Part shown: positions 36,986 through 46,737 of the stretch, piece after piece
How the letters are laid out: every line of letters starts with the position of its first letter
Position numbering within the stretch: position 1 is the first letter of the stretch
Origin: Deltaproteobacteria bacterium
GTDB taxonomy: Bacteria; Desulfobacterota; Syntrophobacteria; BM002
Reading direction: 5' to 3'
Length of the DNA: 64,000 nt
NCBI GenBank assembly: GCA_019309045.1
Contig: JAFDGZ010000002.1
Location: 79,435-143,434 of the forward strand
Position numbers and translations under genes: made by a program
The notes under the pieces: generated by a model
Told to the model about the DNA's origin: nothing
The model's input: only the letters and a program-made list of their open reading frames with translations
Database searches by the model: none

Positions 36986-37510
36986 CTACCTCGTAACTCC
37001 TTGCTGATCCCTGGCAGATGTTTCCTTTTCCGCAGGATTGTATGTCTGGCCCCGCCTGGAAACCAGGTTGAGGGAAGAGTGATGCGCTCTGCACTTGGCG
37101 CAGTAGCCATATACTTCGAGTTTGTGAGCGGTTACCAAAAAATTATACTGCCTTCCCAGCTTTTCTTCCAAAACAGCCATTGAGTTGTCAATGAACTCGA
37201 CAATTTTGTCGCATCCCAAACAGCGCAAGTGACAGTGGTGATCGTGTCCATAGATGTGTTCGTAGTGCATGTGACCGTCCTGGAAAAAAGCCTCCTGGAT
37301 GAGGCCGCACTCGAGAAGCAGAGGGATAGTGCGATAAATGGTAGCTTTAGAGATTTTCTCATTTCGGCGTTGCAGCTCATGATAGAGTTCGTCCACGTCG
37401 AAATGGTCATGGGTGGCAAAGATGGTCCTTATGACCTGTTCACGTTCAGGGGTATTCCGAAGTTTCTTCTGTCTGATGAATTCACGGAAGATTTCAATTT
37501 CGTTTTTCAT
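36986..37510 (-). CDS. fur: Fur-family transcriptional regulator
   Basis: Fur DNA-binding helix (TPEREQVIRTIFATHDHFDVDELY) and metal sites HHCHLRCLGC...CAKC. ATG 37510 with a GAGG RBS. Confidence 0.8.
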   Translation of the reverse strand: MKNEIEIFREFIRQKKLRNTPEREQVIRTIFATHDHFDVDELYHELQRRNEKISKATIYRTIPLLLECGLIQEAFFQDGHMHYEHIYGHDHHCHLRCLGCDKIVEFIDNSMAVLEEKLGRQYNFLVTAHKLEVYGYCAKCRAHHSSLNLVSRRGQTYNPAEKETSARDQQGVTR

Positions 37511-38192
37511 TGGAACCTCACAACAAAAAATGCGCCCTTTGGCAAACAAACCTCGTGGCTGCCTTGGTGCAATCTTAGGCAACCACCGCGAGCTACTGTT
37601 ATCAGAACCACGGAGGCAAGCAGTGGGCTTGACAGCCTCCTGGGATCAACTTCGAAAAATTATTGCAAGCATTTCTCATTAACCGAAAGGCCATGCTGTT
37701 GTCAAGGAAAAACTGAAATTTACCGATACTCCTACTTTTAGAAAATTTGCCAGAAAGTTCCCCTGAATAGTATGAACAACTTGTTGTAGCCAAGTGTGGA
37801 TCTTAGTTTAACATATTCTCAATAAAAGGAAATCCTATCTCCAGTCTGTTGCTGTGCAGGGGGTCCATTATGGCGATGTCCTCTCTTGCAGAAGGTTCAG
37901 GTAATTGTCTCGGGTATTGATGCCCTGCACAGAGGTACCTCAGGATGGTGCCGCGGTCAGCTCTGCCCAGGAAGGGCATCAGGGACACTTAAACTAAAGG
38001 GCTCTGAAGGCCATTATGACAACAGCATGGTCTGCAGTATTGTGAGCGATGGCAAGTTGTTTGGCCTGGGTGAAGAAGTACCCAGAGTTATCTGGATTTT
38101 CTCAGCGCTGAGTAGCGCGGCGGCCCGAGGTGTTGATGGCTCGAGCGAACTCCTCATGGATTGACGGGCGAAAATAGTGTATTTGTGAAGTT

Positions 38193-40484
38193 ATGAAGGC
38201 AGCAACAGTTGGCAGCATTGCTCTGATCGGCCTGGCGGCAACCGTAGGGCAAATCATTGTCTTGCGAGAGCTGCTCACAGTCTTCTCGGGCAGTGAGTTG
38301 TCCCTGGCGCTGGTTCTGGGTTCCTGGTTGTTGTGGACCGCCCTGGGCAGTAGTGCAGCGGCCAGGGTGATTCATCGACTGCGGCGGCAGCAACGGTTTT
38401 TCGGCTGGCTGCAGTTGAGTTGTGGTGTGGTGCTCGTGGGCACTGTGTTGGTAATTCGGGCGCTGCGGCCGCTTCTGCACATTGGTCCCGGGGAGCTGGT
38501 CACACTCGGCCAGATGCTCTTTATAGCTTTTTCCTGCCTGGCTCCCTTTTGTCTGCTTGCAGGTTTTCTTTTCACCCTTGCCTGCCAGTTGCTGTCGATT
38601 CGCCTGCCGCAGTGGTCGCGCTCCCCAGGGTTGGTCTACTTTCTGGAGGGGTTGGGCGCCGGCATCGGCGGCCTCGTCTTCAGTGTGGTACTGGTTCACA
38701 GGTTCAACGTGATCTCAATCGTTGCGGGCGTGGCCATCTGTCTCTGCCTCGGCGGCTATGCTGTGGCACGATCCGAAGACGGGAAAGGGAGGAGCAGTCC
38801 TCTCCTTTTTGTGTTGGTGGCTGGCATGCTGCTGGCTGTACAGTTGTGGGGACGGCAAGTGGATTTGTTGAGCCGGAGCTGGCAGTGGCATGGATTCGAA
38901 TTGTTGGACTCTGAGGACACTGTCTATGGACAAATTTCAGTGGTTTCCTCTGGAGGGCAGATCTCCTTTTTTGAAAATGGCCTGTGGAACTTTACAGTGC
39001 CAGATCTGCTTACTGCCGAGCAGGCGGTGCACTTTGCTCTGCTGGAACATCCAGCGCCAAGAACAGTCCTGCTTCTGGGGGGTGGAATTTCCGGCACCTT
39101 GCGGGAAGTACTCAGGCAGAAATCAGTGGAGCGGCTCTACTATGTGGAGCTGGACCCGCGCCTGGTTGCCCTGGGCAAGCGTTATCTGGACCATGAGGTG
39201 GTTGCCGCCCTGGATGATCCCCGGGTTGAGGTGCATAATGTGGACGCTCGTTCTTTTCTTGCCAATACGCCAGATTCCTATGATGTTATTATGGTGAATC
39301 TTCCAGAACCATTCACTGCCCAGCTCAACCGCTTCTACACAGTGGAATTCTTTAGGCTGGCAGCGAGCAGACTCGCAGATGCTGGAGTGCTGGCTTTCAG
39401 GGTGAGCGCAGCCGAAAATACCCTGGGACCTTTGCAGGCGGCTTACGTGAAACTGCTCTTCAACACAGCCGAAAAGGTATTTCCTGCGGTTGTTCTCTTC
39501 CCAGGCCAGACCGCCCGGTTTTTTTGTGCCAAGATGGGCAAATTTTTGACAAGAGATCCTGAGGTGCTGGTGCAGAGAATCCGCCAGCGACACCTGCAGC
39601 TCAAATATGTGCAGGATTATTACCTCTTGTGGGATCTTTCGCTGGAGCGGCAGGCAAATTTCTTGGAGATGATCGAAGATACGGGTTACTCACGGGTGAA
39701 CACGGATTTGCAACCAAGGGGATACTTCGCAAACTTGCTGATCTGGGGCAGTCAGTTTTCCGAGGCCATTCCCAGAATATACAGGGCGCTGAGTGCAAAG
39801 CGCCTCTGGTTCGTGGCGGTGGGCGGTGCTGTTGCTGTCGTTTGCCTAGGTCTCATTCGCAGGCGCAAGAAGGGGATGCCCTCAGCGCCCAGGACCACAA
39901 TTCTTTTGGGAGTGGCTGTGTTTGGCTATACGGAAATGAGCCTGGAATTTATCATAGTGTTGAGTTATCAGATTTTTTTCGGTTCTCTGTATCAGCAGAT
40001 CGGTTTGCTGGTCACCCTGTACATGATAGGCCTGGCTGCAGGAAGTGCCCTGTTGAGCCACTATCCCACAAGGCCAAGGAGATTGTTTCCTGTGCTCATC
40101 TGCTGCCAGGCAATGCTGGCTCTTCTGTGTCTGGCCCTGGCTGCCGTATTCTATCTGTTTGAGGCTCACTCTACAGCGGTGACGGTTTCGGCGATGGCCA
40201 GACTGGCCTTTTATGTGATGAGTCTGACGGCTGGCATGCTTGGAGGAACCCATTTTCCCTTGGCCAACAGGCTTCTGGCCGCGCAGCGCCCAGGAATGGC
40301 AAAAGTAGCTGGCATGGTATATGGTGTCGATCTCGTCGGCTCATTTGTGGGCTCTCTGCTGATCGCCCTGGTGTTCATCGTGGCCCTGGGAGTTCTGCAG
40401 AGCCTCCTGATGTTGGCCCTGGTAAATGTGGCAGCAGTGATGCTGCTGAGCATGAGGAGAGAGTGGCTGCCAGAGGGACCATAA
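38193..40484 (+). CDS. polytopic membrane protein with central spermidine synthase-like (aminopropyltransferase) domain, 'fused MFS/spermidine synthase' type
   Basis: About 7 TM helices N-terminal, then a PABS-like domain (LLLGGGISGTLREV...YYVELDP...YDVIMVNLPEP), then a further ~6 TM helices C-terminal. Confidence 0.8.
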   Translation: MKAATVGSIALIGLAATVGQIIVLRELLTVFSGSELSLALVLGSWLLWTALGSSAAARVIHRLRRQQRFFGWLQLSCGVVLVGTVLVIRALRPLLHIGPGELVTLGQMLFIAFSCLAPFCLLAGFLFTLACQLLSIRLPQWSRSPGLVYFLEGLGAGIGGLVFSVVLVHRFNVISIVAGVAICLCLGGYAVARSEDGKGRSSPLLFVLVAGMLLAVQLWGRQVDLLSRSWQWHGFELLDSEDTVYGQISVVSSGGQISFFENGLWNFTVPDLLTAEQAVHFALLEHPAPRTVLLLGGGISGTLREVLRQKSVERLYYVELDPRLVALGKRYLDHEVVAALDDPRVEVHNVDARSFLANTPDSYDVIMVNLPEPFTAQLNRFYTVEFFRLAASRLADAGVLAFRVSAAENTLGPLQAAYVKLLFNTAEKVFPAVVLFPGQTARFFCAKMGKFLTRDPEVLVQRIRQRHLQLKYVQDYYLLWDLSLERQANFLEMIEDTGYSRVNTDLQPRGYFANLLIWGSQFSEAIPRIYRALSAKRLWFVAVGGAVAVVCLGLIRRRKKGMPSAPRTTILLGVAVFGYTEMSLEFIIVLSYQIFFGSLYQQIGLLVTLYMIGLAAGSALLSHYPTRPRRLFPVLICCQAMLALLCLALAAVFYLFEAHSTAVTVSAMARLAFYVMSLTAGMLGGTHFPLANRLLAAQRPGMAKVAGMVYGVDLVGSFVGSLLIALVFIVALGVLQSLLMLALVNVAAVMLLSMRREWLPEGP

Positions 40485-40667
40485 GCAAATTGTCGGCAGG
40501 AGTATGTTGTTAAAAGAGAGTTCCAGGCGTCTCAAGATCTGGACGAGGGCCGATGGTGAGAGTTGTTTTGTAAACTCTTGTCATGATGACGGCGAGTTGC
40601 GGTCCAAATCCCTTTTCGCTATAGTGTTCAGTAAATCTTTTGCAATATTTTAAAAAACGGGTTTTTT

Positions 40668-42263
40668 ATGACAGACAAAGATGGCAGCAAAAAATCGCAG
40701 CAAGAAGTTTCCGCAGAAGACCAGAGCAATTCGACAGCCACTTATGCCTTGCAGTCCAAGAGAAACTCAGGCATCAACATTGCCATCATTGGCGGTGGCA
40801 CTCGTTGCAGATCGCTGCTGGAAATGTTCGCTGCCGATCGTTTCAAGCATCTAAAGGCGCAAGTCGTGGCCGTGGCTGACATCAATCCCGATGCACCTGG
40901 ATTGCTTCTTGCGCAGCAAAGAGGCATTTTCACCACCACGGATTACCACGATTTTTTCTCTCTCGACGATCTGGACCTGGTCATAGAACTCACAGGCAAC
41001 GAGGCCTTGTTGGAAGACGTTCTCAAGCAGAAGCCGCCGCAAGTGCGAGTGCTTGATTACGCCATTTCCAGGCTCCTGAGCGATATAGTAACTTTCGCTG
41101 CGGAGTGCCAGGAGCAGAAACGAGATCTGCACTATTACCAGAGCATGGTGCAGACCATGTTCGTTGGCATCAAGGAGCCAATGCTGTGGTTGAAGCCCAA
41201 CTATGAGATTGCCGATGCCAATGAGCCCATGCTGGCCATGGTGGGGATGCCCAGGGAGGAGGTGATCGGCAAGACCTGCCACGAGGTGATACACCACTCC
41301 CTGGAACCATGTCACCAGAGGAACCGTTCCTGCCCCATGTTGGAGACGCTGCAGACTGGACTTTCGGCACATGCTATACACGAGCACATGGATCGAGAAC
41401 ACAATCCACGTCTGATGGAAACCTCCGCCTATCCTCTCAGGAATCATCTGGGCGAGGTGACCATGGTAGTGGAATTTTTTCGAGACATCACCTCAGATTT
41501 TCAGAAGCGCCTGGAGATAAAAGCCGAGCAAATCAAAAAGGACATTGCACGCCTGGTTCACGAAGACAAAATGATCGCCCTGGGAAAATTGGTGGCGAGC
41601 AGTGTGCACGAGATCAACAATCCGATCTCCGGCATCCACACCCTGGCCCGTTTAATGCTGCGAACACTGGAAGAGGGGCCACCGCAGGGGGAGACCCTGG
41701 TGGAAATGCAGCGGTATCTCGAACTGATAGCCAATGAGTCAGACCGCTGCGGCCAGATTGTCTCCAACCTGCTGTCCTTTTCACGCCTCAAGAAAATGGA
41801 ACGGTGTCGGGTCAATATCAACGAGATCATCCGCTCCGTCATCCTTCTCAGCCGGCATCGTATGGAGTTGCAGAATATTGTCATCGAAGAGAAGCTGGCT
41901 GACGGCCTGCCGGATATTCTGGGTGATCAGAACCAGATACAGCAGTGCCTCATGAACCTGGTGTTCAATGGCATGGAGGCAATGCCTGAAGGCGGCAAGC
42001 TGACAATTACTACCTCCTACGACAAAAAAACTGGCAGGGTGCGAATAGCAGTAAGTGATACTGGCTGCGGCATTCCTCAAGAAAATATCTCGGCGATTTT
42101 CGAGCCGTTCTATTCTACCAAGAGTGAAGACAAGGGCGTTGGCCTGGGCCTGTCGGTAGTTTATGGTATTGTCCGTGAGCATAAAGGTAGCGTCTACGTG
42201 GACAGCACTGTTGGAAAAGGCTCTACCTTCATCCTCAGGTTTCCGGCAGCTGCTGCCGGCTGA
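40668..42263 (+). CDS. cytoplasmic sensor histidine kinase (N-terminal Rossmann-like domain + PAS + HisKA + HATPase)
   Basis: IAIIGGGTRCRSLLE Rossmann-like start; PAS-like MVGMPREEVIGKTCHEV; H-box SSVHEINNPIS; N/G boxes NLVFNGMEA...DTGCGIP...GVGLGLS. Confidence 0.85.
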   Translation: MTDKDGSKKSQQEVSAEDQSNSTATYALQSKRNSGINIAIIGGGTRCRSLLEMFAADRFKHLKAQVVAVADINPDAPGLLLAQQRGIFTTTDYHDFFSLDDLDLVIELTGNEALLEDVLKQKPPQVRVLDYAISRLLSDIVTFAAECQEQKRDLHYYQSMVQTMFVGIKEPMLWLKPNYEIADANEPMLAMVGMPREEVIGKTCHEVIHHSLEPCHQRNRSCPMLETLQTGLSAHAIHEHMDREHNPRLMETSAYPLRNHLGEVTMVVEFFRDITSDFQKRLEIKAEQIKKDIARLVHEDKMIALGKLVASSVHEINNPISGIHTLARLMLRTLEEGPPQGETLVEMQRYLELIANESDRCGQIVSNLLSFSRLKKMERCRVNINEIIRSVILLSRHRMELQNIVIEEKLADGLPDILGDQNQIQQCLMNLVFNGMEAMPEGGKLTITTSYDKKTGRVRIAVSDTGCGIPQENISAIFEPFYSTKSEDKGVGLGLSVVYGIVREHKGSVYVDSTVGKGSTFILRFPAAAAG

Positions 42264-42427
42264 GATGTGCTCGAGTGAACGGCTGTCTCGAGCCAGGATG
42301 CGGCGGCCTGCAGCTGTGCCTTTGCTGGTGAATTCTCTTTGTGCGACCATAGAAGAATGGCGCTCAGGAATGCTTACGGCCCTTACAGTCCAACCCTTTT
42401 TTGCGGCAAACTGGAGTAGGAGATCCA

Positions 42428-43780
42428 ATGCCTGAAAAAATTCATATTCTGGTCGTAGACGACGAACTCGTAATCAGGGAATCTCTCAAGGGTTGGTTGC
42501 AGAAGAGCGGCTACCGGGTGGACACTGCAGAAAGTGGCAGCGTGGCGTTCAAAATGCTCGAAGAGAGAGTCTACGATTTGCTCTTTCTCGACATCATGAT
42601 GCCGACCATAAGCGGCCTGGAAGTCCTGGAAGTAGTCAAGGAGAGGTATCCGGACACCATGGTGGTGATGATCACTGCCTATGGTTCCGTGGACACAGCC
42701 GTGCAGGCCATGAAAACAGGGGCCAGCGACTACCTGATGAAGCCTTTCAATCCCGACCAGCTCACCCTGTTGACAGAGAAGCTCATGCAGCAAAGAAAGA
42801 TTATTGAAGAGAATCGTTTTCTCCGCGAACAGATGGCGGAGACTGTTCGCTTCGAGAACCTGGTGGGATGCTCCAAAGCCATGCAGAATCTCTTCGAAAC
42901 TATTCGGGATGTGGCTGGCAGCGAGGCCGCGGTCCTTATTACCGGTGAGACTGGCACCGGCAAAGAAGTAGTAGCCAAGGCCATCCACGCCAAGAGTCAG
43001 AGATGCCATGCTCCATTTATAGCCCTGAATTGTGGAGGCTTTCCAGAACACCTGCTGGAGAGTGAGCTCTTTGGCTATGAACGCGGAGCCTTTACAGGTG
43101 CTGTCAAGGCCAAGAAAGGGCGATTGGAACTGGCCAACGGGGGCACTCTCTTTCTGGACGAAGTGGGCACAGTTCCTCTGAAGATGCAGGTGGATCTACT
43201 GCGAGTTCTGGAAGACAAGACATTTCATCGGCTCGGGGGCACTGAAGAAATCACTGTGGATTTCCGCGTGATTGCAGCCACCAACAGAAACCTGCAGGAA
43301 GCTATAGCCAAAGGAGACTTCCGCCAGGATTTTTTCTATCGTCTCAATGTAATTTCCATTCATATTCCGCCTCTGCGAGAACGCCGCGACGACATTCCTC
43401 TTCTGGCCCATCATTTTCTTGAACGCTACAGTCATGAGACCAACAAGCACATCGACACCATAAGCAGGGAAGCCATGGCCATCCTCAAACGTTATGACTG
43501 GCCTGGCAATGTGAGAGAACTGGAGAATGCCATAGAACGGGCGGTGGTTATCTGCAAGAAAAGAGTACTGGGAGCGGAAGAATTCTCTTTTCTGATTCCT
43601 GCCAAGCCCACGACAGAACGAACCTATTCGCTCAAGGAGTCAGAAATTGCTCACCTGCGCTCCGTGCTGGAGGATTTCGGCTGGAACATCACCAGGGCAG
43701 CAGAAGCGCTGCAGATTAACAGAGTCACCTTGCACAAGAAGATCAAGAGGTACGGCCTTCGGCAGGAGCGCCAAGGTTGA
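42428..43780 (+). CDS. sigma54-dependent response regulator (NtrC family: REC + AAA+ + Fis HTH)
   Basis: REC domain (ILVVDDE...LFLDIMMP), Walker A GETGTGKE, GAFTGA sigma54-contact motif, C-terminal HTH. Confidence 0.9.
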   Translation: MPEKIHILVVDDELVIRESLKGWLQKSGYRVDTAESGSVAFKMLEERVYDLLFLDIMMPTISGLEVLEVVKERYPDTMVVMITAYGSVDTAVQAMKTGASDYLMKPFNPDQLTLLTEKLMQQRKIIEENRFLREQMAETVRFENLVGCSKAMQNLFETIRDVAGSEAAVLITGETGTGKEVVAKAIHAKSQRCHAPFIALNCGGFPEHLLESELFGYERGAFTGAVKAKKGRLELANGGTLFLDEVGTVPLKMQVDLLRVLEDKTFHRLGGTEEITVDFRVIAATNRNLQEAIAKGDFRQDFFYRLNVISIHIPPLRERRDDIPLLAHHFLERYSHETNKHIDTISREAMAILKRYDWPGNVRELENAIERAVVICKKRVLGAEEFSFLIPAKPTTERTYSLKESEIAHLRSVLEDFGWNITRAAEALQINRVTLHKKIKRYGLRQERQG

Positions 43781-43835
43781 GGCAGTGGCTCGGAACTCAT
43801 GGACTACAGTTGGACTCTAGGGTTGATTGCGCATA

Positions 43836-44408
43836 ATGGCTGGCAAGGGTGGGGTGATCGGTGTTGTGCCCATGGGGGCTGTGGGGGATGCGGTATTGCG
43901 GATCATTGCTGCCAACCTGCAAGCGATTTTCCACCTGGCCGTAGACTTGCTGCCGGCAAGAGCAACTCCTGAATTTGCCTTCAGTGAACTTCGCAGACAG
44001 TACCATGCCGCCCTCATTCTGAACAGGCTCGGCAGCAGCCGACGCAAACAACAGAGATTACTGGCAGTGGTGAACGTGGATCTATTTATTCCGATCCTGA
44101 CGCACGTGCTCGGAGAAGCTCAGATGGGGGGCAGGGCAGCAGTGGTTTCGCTGCACCGCCTCAGAGAGCGCCGGGATGGCGGGCGGGTACCACTGGAGAC
44201 ATTCTATGATAGGGCAATCAAGGTGGCGGTTCACGAAGTGGCCCACACTTTTGACCTGGTTCACTGTAAAGATCGTGACTGCGTCATGATGCTTTCCACA
44301 ACTCCTCCAGACCTGGACGAGCTGCCCATGTTTTTCTGTAGATACTGCAAAGCCTTTCTGGCCGAGTCATACCGCAGATACGGTGTATGGACTGTGGAAA
44401 AACCCTAG
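43836..44408 (+). CDS. archaemetzincin-like zinc metalloprotease (peptidase M54)
   Basis: HEVAHTFDLVHC (HExxHxxGxxH-like) and a downstream CRYC second-zinc Cys pair. Confidence 0.7.
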   Translation: MAGKGGVIGVVPMGAVGDAVLRIIAANLQAIFHLAVDLLPARATPEFAFSELRRQYHAALILNRLGSSRRKQQRLLAVVNVDLFIPILTHVLGEAQMGGRAAVVSLHRLRERRDGGRVPLETFYDRAIKVAVHEVAHTFDLVHCKDRDCVMMLSTTPPDLDELPMFFCRYCKAFLAESYRRYGVWTVEKP

Positions 44409-44520
44409 AGACTACTTCAGGCACCAGGTGGAAGCAGGAGTGGCGGCTTGACCCAGCGGTACCGGGAAGCCACCGCAATGCTGCCTTGACTTGCTGCTGT
44501 CGGCAAGATCTTATTTGAGC

Positions 44521-45441
44521 TCAGGTGAGCAGGAATTCACTGACCAATTTTTTCCAGCCGATTTCCGGGGCATTGCCGAAGACATCGTCGATGGGCTCAC
44601 CACCGGTGGCGGCGATGGGACCATGCTCAGCCATGACAATGTCGTGTAAGCGGCTCACATCGCTTTCCAACCAGTTGTCTGTTTCTTCACCGAAAAAGAG
44701 ATTCTTCAGGTTTCCTTTGAGCCTTTCCGGTTCTATTACCATGAGCCAGCCATCGCTGTAAGGCCGTGTGTTGGTAAGTGTGGGACGGCGGAGAACCTCG
44801 TGATTAACGGCCACAACCGTGCCGCTGACCGGTGATAGCACTTCAGCCTCATTGCTTTCCCTGGCAAGACTCAGACAACTGTCGGTTTGAAAGACCTTTT
44901 GACCTAAGCTGGGCAGGCGGTATTCATCTACTGGCCCCAGCAAGCGCAGAGCAAAGTCATCGAGTCCCAACCGTACCCTGCCGGCGTATTCGACTCTGGC
45001 CCAGGCATGACCCCGGTGGTAGTAATAGTTGTCCGCCACCTTGTAGCCGAGAACCCGGTGCATGGCAGGTTCTGCCAGATGGCTGCTGAGCTCCACTTCA
45101 TCCAGGCTCTGATCGAATTCGCAGGTGTCGCAGCGAAAGTCATGGGAACAGATCTTGTAGGCAACGCGACCAGAGAGCATGTGGCGGCACTCTCGTTGAT
45201 CTGCATGGCGGCGGCGCATTCTATCTCTCCAGCTTTGCTGCTCTTTCTTTACCGCCAATCCTTTGCCTTTGCCGAGCGCCTGAGTCATGGCCTTGTCAAA
45301 GGGACAATGTATACAGTCATAGGCCTGGTCGCAAATCTTGAAATTGATTACTCCAGACTTCATCCAGATGCACTCATTTTCAAGAATATTGAACCCCTGA
45401 ACCTTTTTGGTCCTGGGTTGCTTTTTCTTCTTCACCGTCAT
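44521..45441 (-). CDS. Cys-rich protein with C-terminal glycine-cleavage H-protein-like (lipoyl-domain fold) lacking the lipoyl lysine
   Basis: N-terminus has two copies of KICxxxxDCxxCxFDQ. C-terminal region aligns with GcvH (HRGHAWARVE...GLDDFA...LSPVSG...PYSDGWLMVIEP), but the lipoyl-Lys position is Ser/Asn. Confidence 0.6.
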   Translation of the reverse strand: MTVKKKKQPRTKKVQGFNILENECIWMKSGVINFKICDQAYDCIHCPFDKAMTQALGKGKGLAVKKEQQSWRDRMRRRHADQRECRHMLSGRVAYKICSHDFRCDTCEFDQSLDEVELSSHLAEPAMHRVLGYKVADNYYYHRGHAWARVEYAGRVRLGLDDFALRLLGPVDEYRLPSLGQKVFQTDSCLSLARESNEAEVLSPVSGTVVAVNHEVLRRPTLTNTRPYSDGWLMVIEPERLKGNLKNLFFGEETDNWLESDVSRLHDIVMAEHGPIAATGGEPIDDVFGNAPEIGWKKLVSEFLLT

Positions 45442-45488
45442 GCTACACCTCCTAGACCATTAGCACTGAACTTGCCATATATCATTGT

Positions 45489-45734
45489 TCAGCCTAGATT
45501 GGGGTTCGGTGGCCGTGGGAAAATCTTCGAGCTTGCCACATAGAAATCGACCATGTCCTGATCAAACTGGCAGGAGCTGCAATGCAAACCTCTTATACAG
45601 AGGCGGCAGCTGACGACCCCTGCCTCTGCCCAAATGCATTGAGGAACGGCAATGGTGGTTGCCGATAGGCCCTGCTGTTTCTTTTGACACTTCATTTGAC
45701 ACTCCTGTATGCAAGGCGTGTTGTATTTGCTCAA
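45489..45734 (-). CDS. small Cys-rich protein sharing the CxxC...CxxCxFDQ motif with the adjacent GcvH-like protein
   Basis: CRLCIRGLHCSSCQFDQ parallels the upstream gene's ICSHDFRCDTCEFDQ. 81 aa; weak start evidence. Confidence 0.4.
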   Translation of the reverse strand: MSKYNTPCIQECQMKCQKKQQGLSATTIAVPQCIWAEAGVVSCRLCIRGLHCSSCQFDQDMVDFYVASSKIFPRPPNPNLG

Positions 45735-46215
45735 CTATGGAGCAACAAGAGTGCCATGTCATAAATATACTGTAATTATAGATGGTTATTGCAATTCTCT
45801 TGGAGAAAGTTGATCCGGGATTGATTAAAAAAGCTACACTACGGTGACATCCAGGCGTGTATTATCGGAATTATAATGTAACATTAATGAATTACGAGGT
45901 GATTACCATGGCTACACTGGGTGTAGCCAAGTGGTGAGCGTTCAGCAATAATTGGCGCTATTGTGTCTGCAGCCAGACATACGGTGCCATAAAAACGTGT
46001 TCTTCTAAGAGCGCTTCTCCAAGCGTGATCTGATGACATAGGCCAATTTCAGATGATTGTTATAGATGGCTGGTTTTCAACCGTGGTGGAGAGCGGTAAG
46101 GTTTCAGTTAATTGGGTCGTGACTAGAGAGCCTCTCCTACGGGAGAATCGCTTCATGAATACCGGTCTGGGTAGGAGCGCTTTCCAAGTGCGACCAAATA
46201 AAATCAGATACGTAA

Positions 46216-46737
46216 CTAATGTTGCCCGCTGGGGGGAAACCTTTTGGCCATAATCCTTTTCTTAACACCCTTCACCTTCAGACTGCAAACTTCATGGTAG
46301 CCGAAATGACGTCGGTACCAATCGGCCTTGCGGTGAGTGAGAAGCCAATAGCCAGCCCGCCCCTTTTCCCTGGCCCACTGTTCACCACGACGATGGAGAG
46401 TGCTGCCAATGCCCTGCCTGCGGAATTCAGGGTGCACCAGTAAGCCGGTGCAGCAGGCATAGTCCTGCATCCACTGTGGAGGTGGAGCAAACATAGGATC
46501 TTCAATATGCCCACGGGCAATGACCGTGAGAAAACCAAGGATTCTATAACCGCTAACCGCGAGAAATAGATCCCGATCAGATTTGCGCACATAGCGCTGT
46601 AGTTTGTCGCGGAAGGCGCTTCGCTGTTGCTCATTCATGTGACCGCTCAACTGTTCTACGGCAGGTTCTACATCTTTTTCGATTGCCACTTTGAGTTGAA
46701 CCCTGGACACTGCTCCGGCAATATTGTCTTCAACCAT
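46216..46737 (-). CDS. GNAT family N-acetyltransferase
   Basis: Acetyl-CoA binding motif HPEFRRQGIGSTLHRRGEQWARE (Q/RxxGxG/A). Start uncertain: 46737 or 46809. Confidence 0.7.
   Translation of the reverse strand: MVEDNIAGAVSRVQLKVAIEKDVEPAVEQLSGHMNEQQRSAFRDKLQRYVRKSDRDLFLAVSGYRILGFLTVIARGHIEDPMFAPPPQWMQDYACCTGLLVHPEFRRQGIGSTLHRRGEQWAREKGRAGYWLLTHRKADWYRRHFGYHEVCSLKVKGVKKRIMAKRFPPSGQH

Noticed and set aside
36247-36996. 249-aa plus-strand ORF
   Set aside because: It is antisense to the Fur–FeoA fusion gene. It has no motifs.
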